Source: Candidatus Omnitrophota bacterium (GTDB lineage Bacteria; Omnitrophota; Gorgyraeia; Duberdicusellales; 4484-171). Taken from it: a DNA stretch of 64,000 bases. Position 1 is the stretch's first letter. Every line of letters begins with the position of its first letter. Under the pieces are notes generated by a model. The model ran no database searches. It was not told the DNA's origin and saw only the letters and a program-made list of their open reading frames with translations. A program made the position numbers and the translations under genes. The DNA is taken from positions 54,155 to 118,154 of the forward strand of contig JAAEQW010000341.1 in the NCBI GenBank assembly GCA_024231025.1. Direction: 5' to 3'. Of the stretch, positions 1 through 8,755 are shown in pieces.

Positions 1-37
1 TTGAAGATATTTTTGAAAATTGAAGACTTTTTGAACA
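1..37. repeat. 37-bp exact direct repeat, copy 1 (may extend left of the window)
   Basis: TTGAAGATATTTTTGAAAATTGAAGACTTTTTGAACA identical to 8453-8489. Confidence 0.9.
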
Positions 38-223
38 CCTTAATATAACAATATACTGAAATCCAAAATTCGTCCGTGTCAATAATTAAGTATTGTGTCC
101 CCGGAATTTGCAGAGCTTGAATGGCGCAAGAAACAAAAAGTAACGCTTAAGCTTTCAGGGAAAAAAATTATCATTGAGGATTGGAAAAGATAAATAGCAA
201 AACTTTTGTTACGCAATACGCTT

Positions 224-1129
224 TTATCTTTTGCATTTAGGATTAAACGATGGACGATATTGAGACTCTCTTGCCGAGCTATGTTTTGGCCTATTGCCAG
301 CACTTCCCTGTGACTCTAGATTTATAGGAAACGACGTTACCAACAATTCTGTAAAACGTGATCGCTTGTTTGGATCTCCGGCGATTAAACTAGGTCTTTC
401 TATTTCTGTCTTAAAGAAAACTCCATCATACTGTTGTTTTATCAAAGGATGAGCAGCGTTGCTAACCATCACTTTTGCTCCTCTTCTCGCTAATTTTTCT
501 GCCAATTTCGCCAACCTCAACTCATCAGAATGTTGGAAAAGCACAGAATTATACTCAGCAAAACCATTATTTATGTGCGTTGTTATGTAGGGGGGGTCAA
601 AATAAATAAAATCTGTCCTTCGTCTTGAGTCCTTAACAGCTTCTTCAAAATCACAACACTTGAGCTTGGCTCTTTTCAAAAGGCGACTCGCTTTTAATAA
701 TTGATCTGCATCAAATACTCGACTATTCTCTGATGAGCTTCTCCCTATAGGAACATTGAACTTACCACTCTTATTCACTCTGTACAAGCCATTCCAGCAT
801 GTTTTATTAATGTAAATAAAATAAGCTGCTTTTTTTATACGGTCTCTTTCTGTGTTAAACTTTTCTCTAATTAAGTAATATGTGTCTTTGTCACCTTTTA
901 TACGCTTAAGAATTTTTATAATTGATGGGCAGTTATTTTTTACCTGACGATAACAATTGATTAGATCTGGATTCATATCTGCTAGAATCGCTGCTTTAGG
1001 TTCTAAAAGAAAAAAAAGGGCTCCGCTACCCAAAAATGGCTCATAGTAGGTACTAAATGTTGGAATATTATTCCTTATTCTGGGGATGAGCCACCTTTTT
1101 CCGCCTGCCCATTTTAAAAATGGATTCAT
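224..1129 (-). CDS. Dam-family (D12 class) N6-adenine DNA methyltransferase
   Basis: KWAGGKRWL, YYEPFLGSGA (motif I), LYRVNKSGKFNVP and DFIYFDPPY (motif IV). Confidence 0.93.
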   Translation of the reverse strand: MNPFLKWAGGKRWLIPRIRNNIPTFSTYYEPFLGSGALFFLLEPKAAILADMNPDLINCYRQVKNNCPSIIKILKRIKGDKDTYYLIREKFNTERDRIKKAAYFIYINKTCWNGLYRVNKSGKFNVPIGRSSSENSRVFDADQLLKASRLLKRAKLKCCDFEEAVKDSRRRTDFIYFDPPYITTHINNGFAEYNSVLFQHSDELRLAKLAEKLARRGAKVMVSNAAHPLIKQQYDGVFFKTEIERPSLIAGDPNKRSRFTELLVTSFPINLESQGSAGNRPKHSSARESQYRPSFNPKCKR

Positions 1130-1133
1130 ATAG

Positions 1134-2018
1134 TTACAATCCTATGCTTAGTTTCTGCCTAACCTTAAAATCTTTCACTAAAGCTTCCGACTGAATAGAT
1201 GAAATCATATCAGACAATTGAGCGAAGGCTTCTGCCGATATCAATCTACGAAGTCTTGCCCGTTCGATGTCATTCGCTTTTGACAATAGACCTTTAAAAC
1301 AATTATATAAATAAATAAAACTCTCATCAGTAGATTCAGATTCTTCGGGGCCAAGCTTTTTATACAACTTAAAGTTATTTTTCGTTGTTAAAGATAGGCA
1401 CATATTCGAAAAAGATCTCGTTTCTATCATTTGGACAGAGCTTCTGAAAATATCCCTATTATCTCTATCTAAATCTTTGAATAAATGTATCAATTTGTCT
1501 TGCAACTCTCTAAAGTATTTTATAACTTCTTCAAATTTTTGCAAATGTTTTGACTTGTCTAAAGACTTACCTAAGCGACCATGCGAGTATTTTGTTTTAA
1601 GACTTAGTAAATATTCAGTAAAGTTTTTCCCGCTAAACTTACGAGCATTTTCATAAATTTCTATCAGCTCTCTATCCGACAACTTACCTCTAACTTCTTG
1701 TTTAGGGTCTATAAAAGGTAGCATTTCTATCAAAGAACTAACCCTTTTTAATTCGCCAACATCGCGCATCATGTCATCTTTTTTGCCCCATATTTGTCGT
1801 ATTTTATAAGCTCGAAAAATAGTAGGCCTTTTTATCAATCCTTTTGTTTCTTTTTGGATTTTCCACCCCATAGAGTGAGGCTTCTTCACCCCCAACTCCT
1901 TAAGGCAGTTCCCTATTTCCCATAGAGCTTCCAGCCTTAACTTCACTTCAGTGTGAGAGTCTCTATACAAATTGTTTAGATCGGTAATTGAATTAATTAT
2001 TTTACTTAAAATAGCCAT
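1134..2018 (-). CDS. Hypothetical basic helical protein; N-terminus weakly like the DUF1016/YhcG N-terminal domain
   Basis: 294-aa ORF tightly packed between the ATPase and MTase; LWEIG motif; domain call is tentative. Confidence 0.6.
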   Translation of the reverse strand: MAILSKIINSITDLNNLYRDSHTEVKLRLEALWEIGNCLKELGVKKPHSMGWKIQKETKGLIKRPTIFRAYKIRQIWGKKDDMMRDVGELKRVSSLIEMLPFIDPKQEVRGKLSDRELIEIYENARKFSGKNFTEYLLSLKTKYSHGRLGKSLDKSKHLQKFEEVIKYFRELQDKLIHLFKDLDRDNRDIFRSSVQMIETRSFSNMCLSLTTKNNFKLYKKLGPEESESTDESFIYLYNCFKGLLSKANDIERARLRRLISAEAFAQLSDMISSIQSEALVKDFKVRQKLSIGL

Positions 2019-2032
2019 TTTTTGCCGTTCTT

Positions 2033-3706
2033 CTATCCTATATCCATTTCCTCACCGAGAAGAGTTCCCACTAACACATTCTCTACTTTCAGGCTCAAAT
2101 TTACCACATTGTCTGCCACCTCTGAAACTGAAGGGACTCTGCCTCTTTTCTCAAATAGCCTGTGCACACAATAGGGGCTAATAATTTGAGAAACGTAACT
2201 TAAAAGCCTTACATCAAACTTAACACGTCCAGTTTTATTTACATTTCGTGAAATAAAATCGGGATGCTGAGTATTGACAATAAGCGAATTTCCTAAGTCA
2301 ATAACTCTATCTTCACCTGCATGGTTTTGAAATTCAATTTTAGGTCCAGGAGAAGTGATAACTTTTTCATTTGAAGATCCTGAAGTAGAAGAAGCTTGTC
2401 CCGCACCGGAACCACCACTTGTATTCGAATCACCAGGACCGCTCTGTCCCGCATCAGAAATGGAACCACCAGAACCTGTACCATTCGCCCCTTCACCACC
2501 GCCACCTGGTACATCTTCTCCACCAAAAGGCACATCACCATCTTGAGAATTAGGCTTTTCATTGTAAGTTCCTGGTTCACCAGAAGGAACTAGTTGCTCA
2601 AACTCTAATTTGAACTTCTGAAGTATCTGCGATAGGCAATCAGACATAATTTTGCTTATTTTTTTAAATGATTCTTGCGTTTTCTTGTTCATAGCATCGT
2701 CAATCAAAATCTTGAGATCTGTCTGCACTTCACGTAATATTTCATAAAGTTTTTCTCTATTAACAGAATCTTTCAAATCATCTCGCGTTAAATTTGGTGA
2801 ACAAACGTTATTGATCTCTATAGATCCCACCACAAACGGATTCGTCCAAACATAACTAATATCGCCATGCAATCGTAGATAGTTCTTAAAGCTTTTTAAG
2901 TCAGATATACTTTGAATGCGACGTCTTTTGTTCGTTAGTACCGGCAAACGATTCTCCTGGGCTTTATCAAGAACTTTTAAATCCACCTCGACAGAAATTC
3001 CCGATTCATCATTATCAAAATTCACCGAACGCTTTAATTCTGGTCCGACAAGTTTGCTGTAATCAAAATATTTACATTCGTAATGCTTCTTACCTTTTTC
3101 ATTAATAAAGATTCTTATCCTTTTAGCACGTAACACATCATCAAAATGATGCTCAATCTCTCCTGCAAGCGCAATAGCAAAACTACTTTTCTTAAAAACA
3201 TGTGGATCAAAACGAGAAATTGTAACACGCGTTCCACAATCAGTTAATTCATTTTTACTGTTTTCATAACAATGCACATCCTTTCTTTCATCAACTGTAC
3301 GATCAATTTTTATCACGGCTTCTTTGCACCCTTTTTTCCTACTTATAAACACGGCATCTTTAGCGAAGGCCCTAAAAGCATGGACCCCAAACCCAAACTG
3401 ACCATTAGCCCAAGCAACTGCCTTTTTCCTCGAACGCCCCACACTGGAAAGCAATTCGCACAATTCATCAGGTGCCATACCAGCGCAATTGTCGGTAAAA
3501 CTGACTGTTTTCTTGTCGGCATCTATGTGTATTTCGATGCGTGGAACCATTCGCTTACTTTGAAACTCCGGCATAGAGGCGGCATCTATAGAATTATCTA
3601 TATACTCCATAGCTGCTCGATAAAAGTCCTTATACGTTCCTGAAATCTGATTAATTAATTCATTTTGATCCCTAATTTGCAAACGTGTCTTCGCTATAGT
3701 TTTCAT
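2033..3706 (-). CDS. MORC-like GHKL (HATPase_c) ATPase with Gly/Ser-rich linker
   Basis: Bergerat motifs EYIDNSIDA, DNCAGM, GQFGFG, GTRVTI; S5-like region with LTRDDL; low-complexity linker before a C-terminal NTQHP domain. Confidence 0.85.
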   Translation of the reverse strand: MKTIAKTRLQIRDQNELINQISGTYKDFYRAAMEYIDNSIDAASMPEFQSKRMVPRIEIHIDADKKTVSFTDNCAGMAPDELCELLSSVGRSRKKAVAWANGQFGFGVHAFRAFAKDAVFISRKKGCKEAVIKIDRTVDERKDVHCYENSKNELTDCGTRVTISRFDPHVFKKSSFAIALAGEIEHHFDDVLRAKRIRIFINEKGKKHYECKYFDYSKLVGPELKRSVNFDNDESGISVEVDLKVLDKAQENRLPVLTNKRRRIQSISDLKSFKNYLRLHGDISYVWTNPFVVGSIEINNVCSPNLTRDDLKDSVNREKLYEILREVQTDLKILIDDAMNKKTQESFKKISKIMSDCLSQILQKFKLEFEQLVPSGEPGTYNEKPNSQDGDVPFGGEDVPGGGGEGANGTGSGGSISDAGQSGPGDSNTSGGSGAGQASSTSGSSNEKVITSPGPKIEFQNHAGEDRVIDLGNSLIVNTQHPDFISRNVNKTGRVKFDVRLLSYVSQIISPYCVHRLFEKRGRVPSVSEVADNVVNLSLKVENVLVGTLLGEEMDIG

Positions 3707-5061
3707 ATTTTACATCCTCCTTTTATTATTCGATAACGAGTTTGGCTACCCTCGCCTTCCCTAATCACTTCACCTGTAGCCATCAATAGCTTAATCAATA
3801 CATAGGCTCTGCCAGGATTTAAGCGCGCATGTGTTGCTAGCTCGCGCGTCTGTAGACTACCGAATTCAGTTAGTACATCACGTATACAGTCTAGATCTTG
3901 CATTCTCTTAATGCAAGCGATTCTAGATCTATGTTCTATCCATGGTCTAACAGATTCAATGAAAGTAGGAGAAGCAGGTATATTTAATTCCTTTCTAAAG
4001 CTATCAATTGACCCCCAACACCTTCTAATGCTAGCTTCCAGATAACGCCATTTCCGATTAGACTGCAACACTGCAGTATTTGGATTATACCCAATTTCAT
4101 CCTTGATCTTTAGGTATGCTTTAATAATGTCTCTTTTTTTTCGAGATAAAAGTAATAACTCAATATCTTCATTTTTTATTTGATGTACAATTAGCAATCT
4201 TTTTACGTAATTTGAAGATACATTATTTGCCTTAGCCACTTTAGACAATGCTTTCAAGCGATAAAAGTCTTTAAGCAATTTTTGTTTGGATATGTATGGA
4301 TATTCATTCCCTCTATATTTGAACAATTTATATTTTGTACCTTTAACGAGAATCTGACGAATTCTTTGTCTGCTCAACTTTACGATTTTTCCAACATATT
4401 CTAAAGTCCCTCCTTCATTATAAAGATCAAAGCATTTTTTATAAAAAGTAATCCTGTCTGGAGAAAGAGCACTCCCTGCCGCTTCATTGATAATTCGTAA
4501 AGTGCCCGGATATTTAATTCTTAGGTTGCTTATCGCTACACCAGGTTTGCTAGATCCTTTTATTTTTTTATCTATCTCGGATTTCCAACCTATGGGCAAT
4601 CTCATGTTAAGGGACAAATCAATCTTAACCAATAAATTAGATATTTCCAACAATGTTCTCGTGCCGCTATTTTTTTCGCTTGCGATTAACTCTTCAGAAA
4701 GACACACCAAATCGAATAAAAAACTAGACCCTAATTTTTCTAGGATATTTCTTGCGCGCGCCGATAGTGGAATATCCAACAAAGGAATACACAAAACATA
4801 TGTTAAATACTCCAAACGCTCCTTTTTTTCTTGGTTTGTCAATCCATTCCCCTCTAAAGCAAAATTCCGTTGATTCAGTTTGAAATAATTGAAATAATCT
4901 ATTATTTCATTCACAGTTTTTACGCCTAAATTTGGTATAGATAATAACTCTCGCCTACTCAGCCTCATGCACTGAGTTTCAGTTTCAAAACCCTGTTCTC
5001 TTAAAGCATTTTTAGCCCTTACCGACAAGGACATTCTGCGCAGTTTTTTCTTTTTCCTCAT
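3703..5061 (-). CDS. Multi-domain DNA-binding protein: two RNAP alpha-CTD-like domains, sigma70 region 4 HTH, further HTH and C-terminal winged helix
   Basis: LSVRAKNAL...IPNLGVKTVNEI and LSARARNIL...NSGTRTLLEI; TLEYVGKIVKLSRQRIRQI; GEVIREGEGSQTRY. Confidence 0.75.
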   Translation of the reverse strand: MRKKKKLRRMSLSVRAKNALREQGFETETQCMRLSRRELLSIPNLGVKTVNEIIDYFNYFKLNQRNFALEGNGLTNQEKKERLEYLTYVLCIPLLDIPLSARARNILEKLGSSFLFDLVCLSEELIASEKNSGTRTLLEISNLLVKIDLSLNMRLPIGWKSEIDKKIKGSSKPGVAISNLRIKYPGTLRIINEAAGSALSPDRITFYKKCFDLYNEGGTLEYVGKIVKLSRQRIRQILVKGTKYKLFKYRGNEYPYISKQKLLKDFYRLKALSKVAKANNVSSNYVKRLLIVHQIKNEDIELLLLSRKKRDIIKAYLKIKDEIGYNPNTAVLQSNRKWRYLEASIRRCWGSIDSFRKELNIPASPTFIESVRPWIEHRSRIACIKRMQDLDCIRDVLTEFGSLQTRELATHARLNPGRAYVLIKLLMATGEVIREGEGSQTRYRIIKGGCKI

Positions 5062-5279
5062 AATTTAAATTTCTTATGCTTTGGGAAACGAAATCTAGCT
5101 TTAGCCTCACGAATTTTCGAATCAATAGCAGAAAATATCTTCACTATGTCAGATTGAGAATATTCATAAACACTTCTGTTAGAGCAATTTCCCAAAATTT
5201 TAAGCTTTTTTAATACTTCATTTGTTCTCTTTTCTGCCAATTTTCTAAAGCGTTCAGCCTTTTCACTATTTTTATCCAT
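5058..5279 (-). CDS. Small conserved helical protein (73 aa), putative regulator; paralog of 11033-11248
   Basis: AAGGAG RBS, ATGA overlap with the next gene, ERFxxxAxKRxN...LxNCS motif shared with the paralog. Confidence 0.8.
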   Translation of the reverse strand: MDKNSEKAERFRKLAEKRTNEVLKKLKILGNCSNRSVYEYSQSDIVKIFSAIDSKIREAKARFRFPKHKKFKL

Positions 5280-5307
5280 AACATCTCCTTGATAAATAAC
5301 ATGTTTT

Positions 5308-5336
5308 TTTAGTAAATAAATGGCTTATTTACTAAA
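5308..5336. promoter_or_regulatory. Palindromic operator candidate upstream of the operon
   Basis: TTTAGTAAATAA-N5-TTATTTACTAAA perfect 12-bp inverted repeat. Confidence 0.6.
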
Positions 5337-5384
5337 TAATACCATTATTCTCTAAAAAAGTCAAGTAAGCCGCTATAATTGCGA

Positions 5385-6240
5385 AAATGCTAGGATGTCC
5401 CTCCCTCGGCAAGCGCAGTCGTCCGGCTTCATCTGCCAGGGGCAGATTCCGCAGCGTTCTTTGTGCGCTTGCCTCACCCTCCGATATAAGGTAGCCAATC
5501 CTAAACGCCCACCGCGGCCAGAAGAATATTTTCCGGATTAAAAACGAAATTTTTCGATACATTAAAAGCCCGACGAAGGTGGGTGGCTAAGGCAGGCTAA
5601 AGAACCTTACGAATTCACCAACCAAGGTGGTTTTGCAGGCTCTTAGCGCAGGTGCTGTAGTGCCCTAGCACGAAAGCCCGAGCACAGAGACTGCTTGAAT
5701 AAGCGAGCGCCAAGCGAGTGGCCAAGCGAAGCCCCCGGCCCCAGCCGGGGCGAGCGGATCTTTCGCCACCCACCTAGCCCCGCCCTAGCGGGGCGGCACA
5801 GGTATCAGATTAAAGGTTTTGCTTTCTGCATTGGCGAATGGTATTCGGAATCACAATAGTGAAGAAATAATTCGAATCTAACCTGAATGGGGAGCCAAAG
5901 TCTTCTTTTCGAAATTCGTCCCGCCCAAAAGGCGGGACTTTTTCTTTTTCCCCAGCGCGCGCGGAATCCGAATAAAATAGATTCATTTGGATTGATTTTG
6001 TTGAATAGATGATCGATTGAAAGAATTTTTTTGCCAGAAGATTTCTTTGGATTCCACGGGAAGAAAAAAGGGATTTTCGGACGAGGTCAAGGGTTTGTGA
6101 CCGGAGGCTACTGCCGTAGGAAATGCCGAGAACATTCCAAATTTATATTATTCAGACAGCGACGGCCTATGCGGCCGCCATTCCGATAAATGCCTACGTC
6201 ATTTATCGGCTAAATACCCCACCCTTTAAGGTAGCCCAAC
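5385..6240. other. GC-rich, highly structured non-coding region (candidate ncRNA or origin)
   Basis: Perfect stems 5408-5417/5464-5473 and 5577-5587/5765-5775, many local hairpins, no convincing ORF. Confidence 0.5.
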
Positions 6241-6301
6241 GATATCTTGAAGTTCCCCGTAGATTTTAAAATTAACTCTATCTAAAAAATAACCCCTAAC
6301 A

Positions 6302-7150
6302 TTACTGCTTTGCTAAACCCACTAACCCATCAAAATCAATTATTTTATCGGAACCACCAAAAACATCTTTAGCCAATTCTTTTAACCCCAAATCGTTACT
6401 AACCAAATAATCCAAATCTGTTAAATAAATAAGGTAATATTGATCGTAATGGTCGCCTTCCCTTACTCCCCTCCCTAAAACAACATATCTATAAAATAAA
6501 GCCATAAAAACTCTAGAGCTAGTAGAAAAATAAGGATAACGCCTGGGGGTATCAGTAATTTTATTTGTTTTCTCATCAGAAACAGATTTTCCTGCTCTTA
6601 AAAATAAGTATCGAATTAAATCTCTTCTCATATTCATTATTGTTTTATCATTGTAGAATTCATCAAAACTCATCTTGGGAACTGTTATTTTCTCATCTTT
6701 GAATTTATTAAAAATGCGCTTTTGAGTTGCTTTGTATTTTTTATAATTATCTTCCTTTTCCTGCTTAACGAGATTCAATATTTCTTCTATATTCTTTGGT
6801 TTTCGACCATTCGCTAAGGCTCCAAAAATGCTTTTAGCATACTCCGTTTCTTTAGAACCCAAAAAGATACTTTCATTTTCAAGTAGACCAAGGTCATGCC
6901 TAATTATTCTACTCCAATAATTAAAAATCCTATAATCTACCATACTTAGTAATATTTTGGAATACCTAATGAGTAAAGGTTTCCGCCGGGTGGAATAAAT
7001 ACCTAAAAGTTCAGCCAGTACTTCGGGGGTAGGATAAAACGAAAAGTATTTTCGTCTGAATGCAGAAATTATGAGTTTCTTGTCTTCCTGAATCGGATGT
7101 TTATCATAATTATCAAAAAAGTTGTTGTCGACCGTAATCTTTATTCCCAT
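6302..7150 (-). CDS. Hypothetical protein, possible PIN-like nuclease fold
   Basis: N-terminal ITVDNN and C-terminal GDHYD...LVSND acidic pattern resembling PIN domains. Confidence 0.55.
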   Translation of the reverse strand: MGIKITVDNNFFDNYDKHPIQEDKKLIISAFRRKYFSFYPTPEVLAELLGIYSTRRKPLLIRYSKILLSMVDYRIFNYWSRIIRHDLGLLENESIFLGSKETEYAKSIFGALANGRKPKNIEEILNLVKQEKEDNYKKYKATQKRIFNKFKDEKITVPKMSFDEFYNDKTIMNMRRDLIRYLFLRAGKSVSDEKTNKITDTPRRYPYFSTSSRVFMALFYRYVVLGRGVREGDHYDQYYLIYLTDLDYLVSNDLGLKELAKDVFGGSDKIIDFDGLVGLAKQ

Positions 7151-7220
7151 ATACTATTCGCAAAAACCTCATGTTTCTTTAAATATTCCGATGATTACGT
7201 CGTGCCTTGCACCTAATCCG

Positions 7221-7886
7221 TTATTTTATCCCCAATTCTAGCACACCATACGGTGAGGACGTTATATTGCTAAAATTAACTGCATCATTTTCGAAACTCA
7301 CGTGTTTTGTTCGCAACCAACAGTCGCCAATCTTATATTCTATATCAAGGCTTAAAGCATAAGGCAATTTAGGAAAAGTATTTTGGAAATCCTTTTTGGG
7401 CATAAAAACAACATAAGCAGACTTAGCGCTTCTTTTTTCTATGGTAACGCCATTAAAAACGTCTGGGGTGATATTCGCGCTCTGCTTGGATATGATTTGC
7501 AACTTATCGGCTTCTCGTCTCGCATAAAACTTACCAATTTCTTTATCGTTAGCATGAATCGTTATCCTCATATCTTCTATGATACCACCGATTGCATTAT
7601 TATTAACTATGGATAACTTCGTATTCACAATGGGAAGCATGAAAGACTGACCCTTTGTTGTAAATGCAGAAGTCGCTAAAAAGATAGCCCTACCTATATT
7701 TATTCTTGGATAAAAAGGAGTAAGGAAAGAAAACCATAGAGTTGAAATTAACGCAACCAAACTTACAAAAACTTCAATTCTTATCTTTTGGGCAACCAAC
7801 AAATAGATCATCCAAGCTATCAACAAAAGCAATAGAATAGTTTTAAGATTAAAAATATAAATTCTTGCAAATGAAATGCAATTCAT
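7221..7886 (-). CDS. Hypothetical membrane protein (two N-terminal TM helices, soluble beta-rich domain)
   Basis: Hydrophobic N-terminal segments; GA-rich RBS. Confidence 0.65.
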   Translation of the reverse strand: MNCISFARIYIFNLKTILLLLLIAWMIYLLVAQKIRIEVFVSLVALISTLWFSFLTPFYPRINIGRAIFLATSAFTTKGQSFMLPIVNTKLSIVNNNAIGGIIEDMRITIHANDKEIGKFYARREADKLQIISKQSANITPDVFNGVTIEKRSAKSAYVVFMPKKDFQNTFPKLPYALSLDIEYKIGDCWLRTKHVSFENDAVNFSNITSSPYGVLELGIK

Positions 7887-7937
7887 AATTTCCCCCTTCT
7901 TTCTTACTCAAAAGATTTTATCAACGGCTTACTAATT

Positions 7938-8147
7938 TTAAATTCGTTTCGTTCCTCGCCCCGTTAATTTGTCTATACTAACCCCCAAAGCATCTGCCAA
8001 CTTAATAACCGTCTCAATCTTAGGATTTTTAATTCCACCTCGTTCAATTTTTATAATGGTATTATAAGAAATTTCTGATTCTACAGCGAGCTTTTCTTGA
8101 GACCATCCTTTTTGCTTGCGAAGTTTGACTAAATTCTTCAGATACAT
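7938..8147 (-). CDS. XRE/Cro-C1 helix-turn-helix regulator
   Basis: LRKQKGWSQEKLA...IERG..NPKIETVIKLADALGVS; AGGAG RBS; palindrome AGTATTGCAATACT at 8179-8192 upstream. Confidence 0.92.
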   Translation of the reverse strand: MYLKNLVKLRKQKGWSQEKLAVESEISYNTIIKIERGGIKNPKIETVIKLADALGVSIDKLTGRGTKRI

Positions 8148-8358
8148 ATTGTTTGACTCCTTGGTAGTATTGTGATACAGTATTGCAATACTATATTGGA
8201 TTACCCCGTATTGCTTTATTCTGAGCTATTTTAACTCGTTTCTTAATAAAATCAAGGAGATATATGTATAACTTCAATTTCTACCGCCAAAGCATAAAAT
8301 TGGGAGCAATAATTGCTTTGATTATATTGGTGATACAGATAATTTCCCTTGCGAGATA

Positions 8359-8385
8359 ACGGGAGGGGGCAAGCCCCTCCCCTAC
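8359..8385 (-). repeat. GTAG-family REP-like palindrome
   Basis: Reverse complement GTAGGGGAGGGGCTTGCCCCCTCCCGT, nearly identical to 38085-38111. Confidence 0.75.
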
Positions 8386-8416
8386 AAAACAAAATAATAA
8401 TCAATGGATCGGGCGT

Positions 8417-8452
8417 AAAAAAATCCCCCATCCTTTTGGATGGGGGCGATTC
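8417..8452 (-). terminator. Intrinsic terminator
   Basis: CCCCCATCC/GGATGGGGG hairpin followed by a T tract on the minus strand. Confidence 0.7.
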
Positions 8453-8489
8453 TTGAAGATATTTTTGAAAATTGAAGACTTTTTGAACA
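8453..8489. repeat. 37-bp exact direct repeat, copy 2
   Basis: Identical to 1-37. Confidence 0.9.
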
Positions 8490-8590
8490 TTTGAGCATTT
8501 GAGCATTGGACCGCATTGCCCCATTGGATTTTCCAATGTTCTAATGATCCAATGTTCCAATGCTCTAGCCATTTTTTTCGATGAAAAAAT

Positions 8591-8607
8591 TGGCTCCCCG
8601 GGTAGGG
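8591..8607 (-). repeat. att-like copy of the tRNA-Asn 3' end (17 bp)
   Basis: TGGCTCCCCGGGTAGGG identical to 20813-20829. Confidence 0.9.
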
Positions 8608-8720
8608 GCAGAAATTACCTTAATAAAAACAATGGGAATATTTCTGCACTTCCTCGGGCAGTAGCCCTCGGTCGCTCAACAGCTGCCTTCGGCAGAGTTC
8701 GAGACCAAACGGGGACATAT

Positions 8721-8752
8721 AAAATAAAAATCCCCCGCAAAATGCGGGGGAT
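8721..8752 (-). terminator. Intrinsic terminator after the recombinase gene / att copy
   Basis: ATCCCCCGCA/TGCGGGGGAT hairpin followed by a T-rich tail on the minus strand. Confidence 0.75.
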
Positions 8753-8755
8753 ATT

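Noticed and set aside
79-303. 74-aa ORF overlapping the MTase 3' end
   Set aside because: No RBS or motif; overlapping frame probably by chance.
5332-5562. 76-aa ORF in the structured region
   Set aside because: No RBS or recognisable motif, runs through hairpins and the promoter region; likely spurious.
5625-5700. CAGAGACT at about 5685 suggesting a second group I intron
   Set aside because: No matching S element (TAGTC), P3 or flanking exons found.
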